Source: Eledone cirrhosa (taxonomy: Eukaryota). From it: a DNA stretch of 64,000 bases. The notes beneath the pieces were generated by a model. That model had not been told where the DNA came from and searched no databases. It was given only the letters and a program-made list of their open reading frames with translations. Of the stretch, positions 57,486 through 64,000 are shown one piece after another (positions within the stretch are counted from its first letter, which is position 1; each line of letters begins with the position of its first letter). The stretch spans positions 136,028,001 through 136,092,000 of the forward strand of contig OZ024740.1 in NCBI GenBank assembly GCA_964016885.1, read 5' to 3'. The position numbers were made by a program, and so were the translations under genes.

Positions 57486-58321
57486 TATAAATAAATACAT
57501 ATGTATGAGAAAGAGGTGTATTATATATTATTATACATAACAAGACACGAAGAAGAAAACGGTGCTCAGTACACCGTGTACGTTTTTATCATATCTTCTA
57601 TTAACTGAATACTTCACAAACTGTTACTTACTTATCTCTCATATATATTATATATTTTTTAATATGTCACTTTTATTTCACTCTGTTATACGAAGGCCAA
57701 CTAAAAGAAAACTATATTAGACTAGAACAATATTAGAATGTGTAATCAACCAACTTGTTTAGATCTTCTATTCTTTGAATTAAATGTAATCGAAAATATT
57801 TGACTTCATTAAATTCTTCATTAAATTCTTTATTACTTCCCAACAATAGAATCCATTCTCGGCCATTGTAAACACCATTAACTTTTTTTCTTGAATAATA
57901 TTAATTGAATGCAAAATACATTCACTCTTTCACCCCCACCCCCCACCCCCCAAAAAAAACACCGATGGTACTCTTGAGACCAGAACTAATATATTCAAAA
58001 AGATTATTCGTTCTACCCACAAAAAAATCAATGCAAAACAGGGGCGCTTCTATCTGGTCGCTTGACTTACTAAAAGCAATAGCCAATTCTCTTCAAATCC
58101 CAACCAACGTATTGCTTTCAGAGAGGCATTTTTTAAAAAAACTAATTAAATGTGTTTAATACTTTTCATTACTGCATATAGTGTCATTCATTAATGTGTT
58201 ATTTACTGAATACTTTTGATTTGTATTTGTAGTAAGTTAAAGGTAAACTCGGAAAGTTGATAATGAATATTATTCAAGATAACGCCATGGATTATTTCTA
58301 CAGGAATGTAATGTCATTTTT

Positions 58322-58700
58322 AAGGCGGTGGGTTGGCAGTATAGGTAGAGCATCCGACAACATGTTTCATGGCATAGAGTTACGGCTCTTTGCGTTCTGA
58401 TTTCAAATCCTGCCGAGGTTAGCTTTGCCTTTCATCTTTACGAGATCGATAAAATAAAGTACCAGTCAGGCACTGAGGTCGATTCAATAGACTCACCCCC
58501 ACCCCACTTACCCACAAAAAAAATTGCTGGTCTTGTGCCTAAATCAGAAAACATTTGAAGCAGTCAATTGACAATCTCGTTAAAACGTCGAATTCGTTGC
58601 GATATTCGTCCCGGTTCTCTGCACTAAAATCCCTCTATTGTCAATGTTGTCTTTCATCCTTTCGAAGTCGATAAAAATGTACCAGTTCAATACTGGGTCG
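58322..58700 (+). mobile_element. SINE family A copies
   Basis: ggcggtgggttggcagtataggtagag...ttcaaatcctgccgagg. Confidence 0.8.
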
Positions 58701-59646
58701 ATTCTTTCTTTATATCTCTTTCCCTCTTCCTCTTTAACACACACACATTCTCTCTTTCTTTCCTTTTCTGGAAGAAATTGACTGTGTTTAGACCTGGAGA
58801 GGCGATGGGCTCCGCCCAGTTAAAGTGCCTAAAACAGATCGTATATTAATACGATGTCTTTACGACTCCACTAGGAGTTACGAGTCAGAAGAAGAATGTC
58901 CTTTCTACAATTATGAATTGCGAGACAAAATGAATTATTTTAAAAATTATATTAACATATTCATATTCTACACCTTTGAAAATGTTTTTCTGCAAAATTT
59001 CACTAAAAAAATATATACATTATTAAGAAATTTATGCGGAAACAAAGCCGTTGGTGGGTCGCAGGTTTTCATTAAACTGTAGTTATGCCAATTTTTGTTG
59101 GTAAAAACACTGAGCTGATGCAAGATAACCTAAGAAATAAAGTAGATTCGAGATCCCAGAAACTAGACCCTATTTCGCTGAACTGTCTAATATAAATTAT
59201 GTTGAAACATTAATCGTAATGACCCTTCAAATTTACCATATTCTTTGCTCAGCTATTTTACTCTTAATGAATCTTATTTTCTTCTTTATATTTATTTTCA
59301 CATTCATCTTAACTGAAACTATTTATATCAGTCTTCTTAGCATTCCCACTCGTCTAATTGTGACAGGAATATAGTTCTACCTCAATTAAAACGAACATTT
59401 TAAGAAATAGCTATTTTACATGTTTTGTTTCATTCATTACCTCCGAGTCGTTAGTTTTAATCTAATAACACCCTTTTTTCCTGTTCAATGAATTCAAAAA
59501 TGACTTTAAGCTACTTTGCATTAATGTTACTGAATAAATAACATACAAATGCAGAACAAAAGACAGACGACAGCAGAAAAAAGTGTTTAAACTGCTGTAA
59601 ACTAAATTATACACACACACATGCATACATACATACACACAAAAAT

Positions 59647-59712
<66 letters not shown>

Positions 59713-60087
59713 CTATATATATATATATATGGAACACTAAACCGAAGGAAATTTTAAGTGAGGAAATTAAATGGAAAAACGAACAGGAACGTGAAAATTC
59801 AATCTTTTTTCAAATGTCTAATTTTAGCAAAACACCAGCATTTTGCTTTAAAAAGTTTCATTTGATGTTAATTCTGTACAATCTGGTATGTATGTGTTTC
59901 CATAAGACTATTTTTAAAAAATCAGCCTCATTAAGAAGTACAGATGTGAATATAATAAATGTTATATTTTAGAAATCTTCAAGTGGGAGAAACCAAATGA
60001 GGAACGTTTACGTGAAGGAAGTTATTTGAGAACAGAAGAAACGACAATCTTATACATTTGCTAGAATAAGACGAGTGTAAAATCAAT

Positions 60088-60203
60088 GAAATCATAATAA
60101 TTGTTTCTACTTTTTAGCACAAGGCCAGCAATTACCCAGTGCATTACTGGTACTTTATTTTATCGACCCCGTAAGGATGAAAGGCAAAGGAAATCATAAT
60201 AAT
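60088..60203 (-). mobile_element. 5'-truncated SINE A with 14-bp TSD
   Basis: gaaatcataataat at 60088-60101 and 60190-60203. Confidence 0.85.
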
Positions 60204-60937
60204 AAAAAAAAACTGTTTCTAACTCTTCCATTGGTTGATAATCAAATTACAACACCTTTTGTTGTGTTTTAACTTTTTGGTTACAAATATAAACCTTGTG
60301 ACTATGACGCCTTAAATGCTAGTTAAGATTGATCGAACAATCTGAAATCTCAGCTGCAGAAATAAGATTTTAATTGACATTTCTGTTTTTGAATCTGATA
60401 CTTTTTCAATTCTTCATTTGTCATGTAAGTGGTGGAGTATAATAGTGATTAGACTCTTAAAAATAAGTTTCGTCCAATCTTTCCCTGGGCATGTTCCTAT
60501 AGAGCTAACGTATTTTAATTAGTTCTTTATTCTATATCATAACAATAGTTTTACAGGTATGAGACAAGCAACTCTTAAAGCTGGGGAAATTAATCAAAGA
60601 AACGGAGAGAAAGAGAAATAGAAAGAAAATTAAAGAGAGAGAGGGAGAGAAAGAGAGAGGGAGAGATATGTTTGGTAATTATACTTTTTTTCTGCAAATT
60701 TATGCGGAATTTCCTTTCACAAATATGAAATACATGCCGAATTTGATGATATAAACGACTCCCAGATTATTAAAAAGATAAAAACACATATGTGTTTATA
60801 TATATATATAACTGTTTCTACGTTAGGCACAAGGCCAGCAAATACTCAGTGCATTACTGGTACTTTATTTTATCGACCCCGTAAGGATGAAAGGCAAAGT
60901 TAACATCGGCGGGATTTGAACTCATTTAGATATATAT

Positions 60938-61146
60938 ATAACGAAGGCAGTGTGGTAAGGAACCGGGTGGACCATAGCGCACCAGAGTACTCGATACTTT
61001 GGGTAGTAGAGTGGGTAATAGGAAAAGAGTCAGGACCCCGACGGCAGAGCTCAAGCCGTTTCGACGGCTATTTCTGGGCGGCTATTTCAGTCCAGAAATA
61101 GATGTCGAAACGCCTTGAGCTCTGCTGTCGGGGTCCTGACTCTTTT

Positions 61147-61150
<4 letters not shown>
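60938..61150. mobile_element. Short fold-back copy of the U3-A8 hammerhead family (stem III half only)
   Basis: Tail homologous to 27425-27510; arms aggaaaagagtcaggaccccgac.gcagagctcaag.cgtttcgac inverted. Confidence 0.8.
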
Positions 61151-61192
<42 letters not shown>

Positions 61193-61610
61193 CGCTTTGG
61201 CTAAGAACGAAAGACTTGCTGAAGAAGTAATTCCTATGTTCTGTCGTCAAAAACCATTATATTGCAGACTCATGCAATAGGAATTTGTCGATCATGGATT
61301 TGCAGAAACTTAGCGCTGTCGTTGCGTGCGATTTTGAGATCAATATTGTGGAAACACCATGTGGATTATATATTTTACACCCAGCCTCAGCGTTATGTCC
61401 AGGTCAGTAAACAATCTTTACCTGGGTCCTGTATTTTTGTTGCTCTAGTGATGCAGTCGGACTGCCGACTGCTATATCTAATTTGCTAAGCTGTATGAAC
61501 ATAATGTTATACTCTGGGGTCTTACCTCATCTGAGTGCTAAAGCTACAAACCGAATAAGCATACACGCTAGCTTGGCCGTATACTAGAGCTTCGTCTATG
61601 CTGTACTAAA

Positions 61611-61751
<141 letters not shown>

Positions 61752-62764
61752 TTGTGATTTTCTTATACACGAAATCATGACTGCCTCTATAAAAAATTAC
61801 CCTTTATCCCCAACCACACTTTTCACTTTAAATCACGTAATCGTCACAAACATCAAACTTTAAAATATTATACTTCCTAGATAGTAGTAAATGAATCACT
61901 ACCTACTTACAGACAACTGAGGCTGCACACCAGGTCCGAACACAGAAGAGCTGAACTCCCATTGTTATCGCCTCCATCTCTTTCTATTATGAGCAAATGG
62001 GGTCCCACGTGCTGGCCGCTCCACGGCCTCGGCGGACAGAGTGGGGAAGACGTTTAGCCGGAGGTAGCCAACCAGATACGTCAACTTCGCATAATATAAG
62101 ATCCGGGAGATATATATTTAGCTATCTTTTATGAAAAAAGAGGGCCTTTTTATTCTAGCAAATACGGTGTCTTCTATGAAGAATTTTACAAATGAAATTC
62201 AAGCTGGAGTAGTAAGAAGTTTCTGCTTGTGAACATATAGCCTGGAATTTCTTTGAAATTAGTGCGTTTTCCTTCATCACTGTCATTTTTTCCCCATAGT
62301 GAACATACATTACTTACTGGAATCAACCAGCTTATGTTACTGTAAAATAAAAAAATATGACGTCTATCTCTTATTGTTTTGTTTCTGTAGAGCTTCTTTC
62401 TTTTTTTTTTTGTTTTGTTTTTATGTGTCTTGTGGCAAAATTGATTGGAATGCTACACCGTGATACACGTAGCAAACAAAATGAATGACTGAAAAAAATA
62501 CATGAGGCTACTAAACAGTTGTTCTCAATTGAAGTTAAACCAATCTTAACTATAATAAAGAATAATATATGAATTAGCTTCGGGAATTCTTAGCTGAACA
62601 AAAACACGCCGCTGTGTTGACACACACAATTACAATTTTATCTCATGATTACAAACGAGTTAAAATGTTAATTATAGATTTCAGTATTCTTTACGTATCT
62701 GTGATGTTTCAATTGGTTCGAAATAGAAATCTCTCCGATGTCTATATGAATGTCTATCTGTCTG

Positions 62765-63397
62765 TATGCACGTATGTATGTATGTATGTATGTATGTATG
62801 TATGTATGTATGCATGTATGTATGTATGTACATATATACATACATATATATATATACATATATACATACATATATATATACATACATATATATATATACA
62901 TACATATATACATACATATATATATATATACATACATATATATATACATACACATATACATATACATATACATATATATATATACATATATATATACATA
63001 TATATAAACATATATATATACATATATACATACATATATACATATATATAAACATATATATATATACATACATATATACATACATATATACATACATATA
63101 TATATATACATATATAGATACATATATATATACATATACACATATACACACATATATACATATATATACATATATATATATACACACATATATACATATA
63201 TATATATACATATATATATACATATATATATACATATATATATACATATATATATATATATACATATATATATACATACATATATATATACATATATATA
63301 TACATATATATATATATACATATATATACATATATATATATATACATATATATATACATATATATATACATATATATATATATACATATATATATAC

Positions 63398-63430
<33 letters not shown>

Positions 63431-63690
63431 TATATACATATATATATACATATATATATACATACATATATATAAATACATATACATATACATATATATA
63501 CATATACATATATATATACATATATACATACATATATATATACATATATATATACATATATATGTATGTATATATGTATGTATATATGTATGTATATATA
63601 TATGTATGTATATATGTTTATATATATGTATATATGTGTGTATATATATATATGTATGTATATATATATGTATGTATATATGTATGTATT
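62765..63690. repeat. (TGTA)/(TACA)/(TA)n compound microsatellite
   Basis: Directly visible. Confidence 0.95.
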
Positions 63691-64000
63691 ATGTCAGGTC
63701 ACCAGTTGGTGCTACTGGTAACATGTATCCCAGTACAACCTCTCTCATGGTCGGGTCATTGGCGACTAAACTGGCAACCCCACCAAGGTTTCTTGGTGAG
63801 GAGGGTGACTTTGGACATCCTGCAAGACTAAAAACAAAACCTGTCAAAGGGCAAAGGAGCTCTTAAGAGTCAATGGCCATCCAAAATCACCGGGAGAGAT
63901 GACCCCTTAGCCTTTGTCAAGGCAGAATTCTAGGAGAAGGAAAACTCTGATATAACACCTGCAACCCTGATGGTATCCAATGATGTTGACTTGTTCTTCT
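63691..64000 (+). mobile_element. Probable 5' UTR of another LINE (RTE-like), runs off the window
   Basis: Abrupt rise in GC content after the microsatellite; aggagaaggaaaactctga motif recalled from RTE 5' UTRs; no coding evidence within the window. Confidence 0.35.

Noticed and set aside
62614-63866. Long YI/MY/HI-rich ORFs (also 20212-20689, 47564-47958, 12256-12513, 30424-30764)
   Set aside because: Translations of TA/TACA/TG microsatellites, which lack stop codons

Overview
AT-rich, repeat-saturated eukaryotic (animal) DNA with no recognisable host protein-coding gene. The SINE families and microsatellite content resemble an octopus/coleoid genome (inference). Most ORFs in the track are microsatellite read-throughs. 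The real coding content is all transposon-derived: a near-complete Naiad-type Penelope-like element (PLE) at 21.4-25.7 kb; two copies of a second PLE family with a large RT insertion (13.2-15.6 kb and 47.8-51.9 kb); further PLE 3' fragments; an RTE-clade LINE whose 5' part is inverted; CRE and R4/Dong relics; mariner relics; MITEs; non-autonomous Helitrons; and dozens of tRNA-derived SINEs. The main hidden signal is non-coding. About 20 type-I hammerhead ribozyme (HHR) motifs from roughly a dozen sequence families lie in fold-back (inverted-repeat plus tail) units inserted in (TA)n tracts. They include minimal palindromic-stem-III forms, core variants (UUGAUAA, CAGAAGA, CCGAUGA), forms with long stem-II insertions, and ORF-less tandem units of ~430 and ~625 nt that look like PLE-mobilised retrozymes. 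All folds were read by eye; none were computed.
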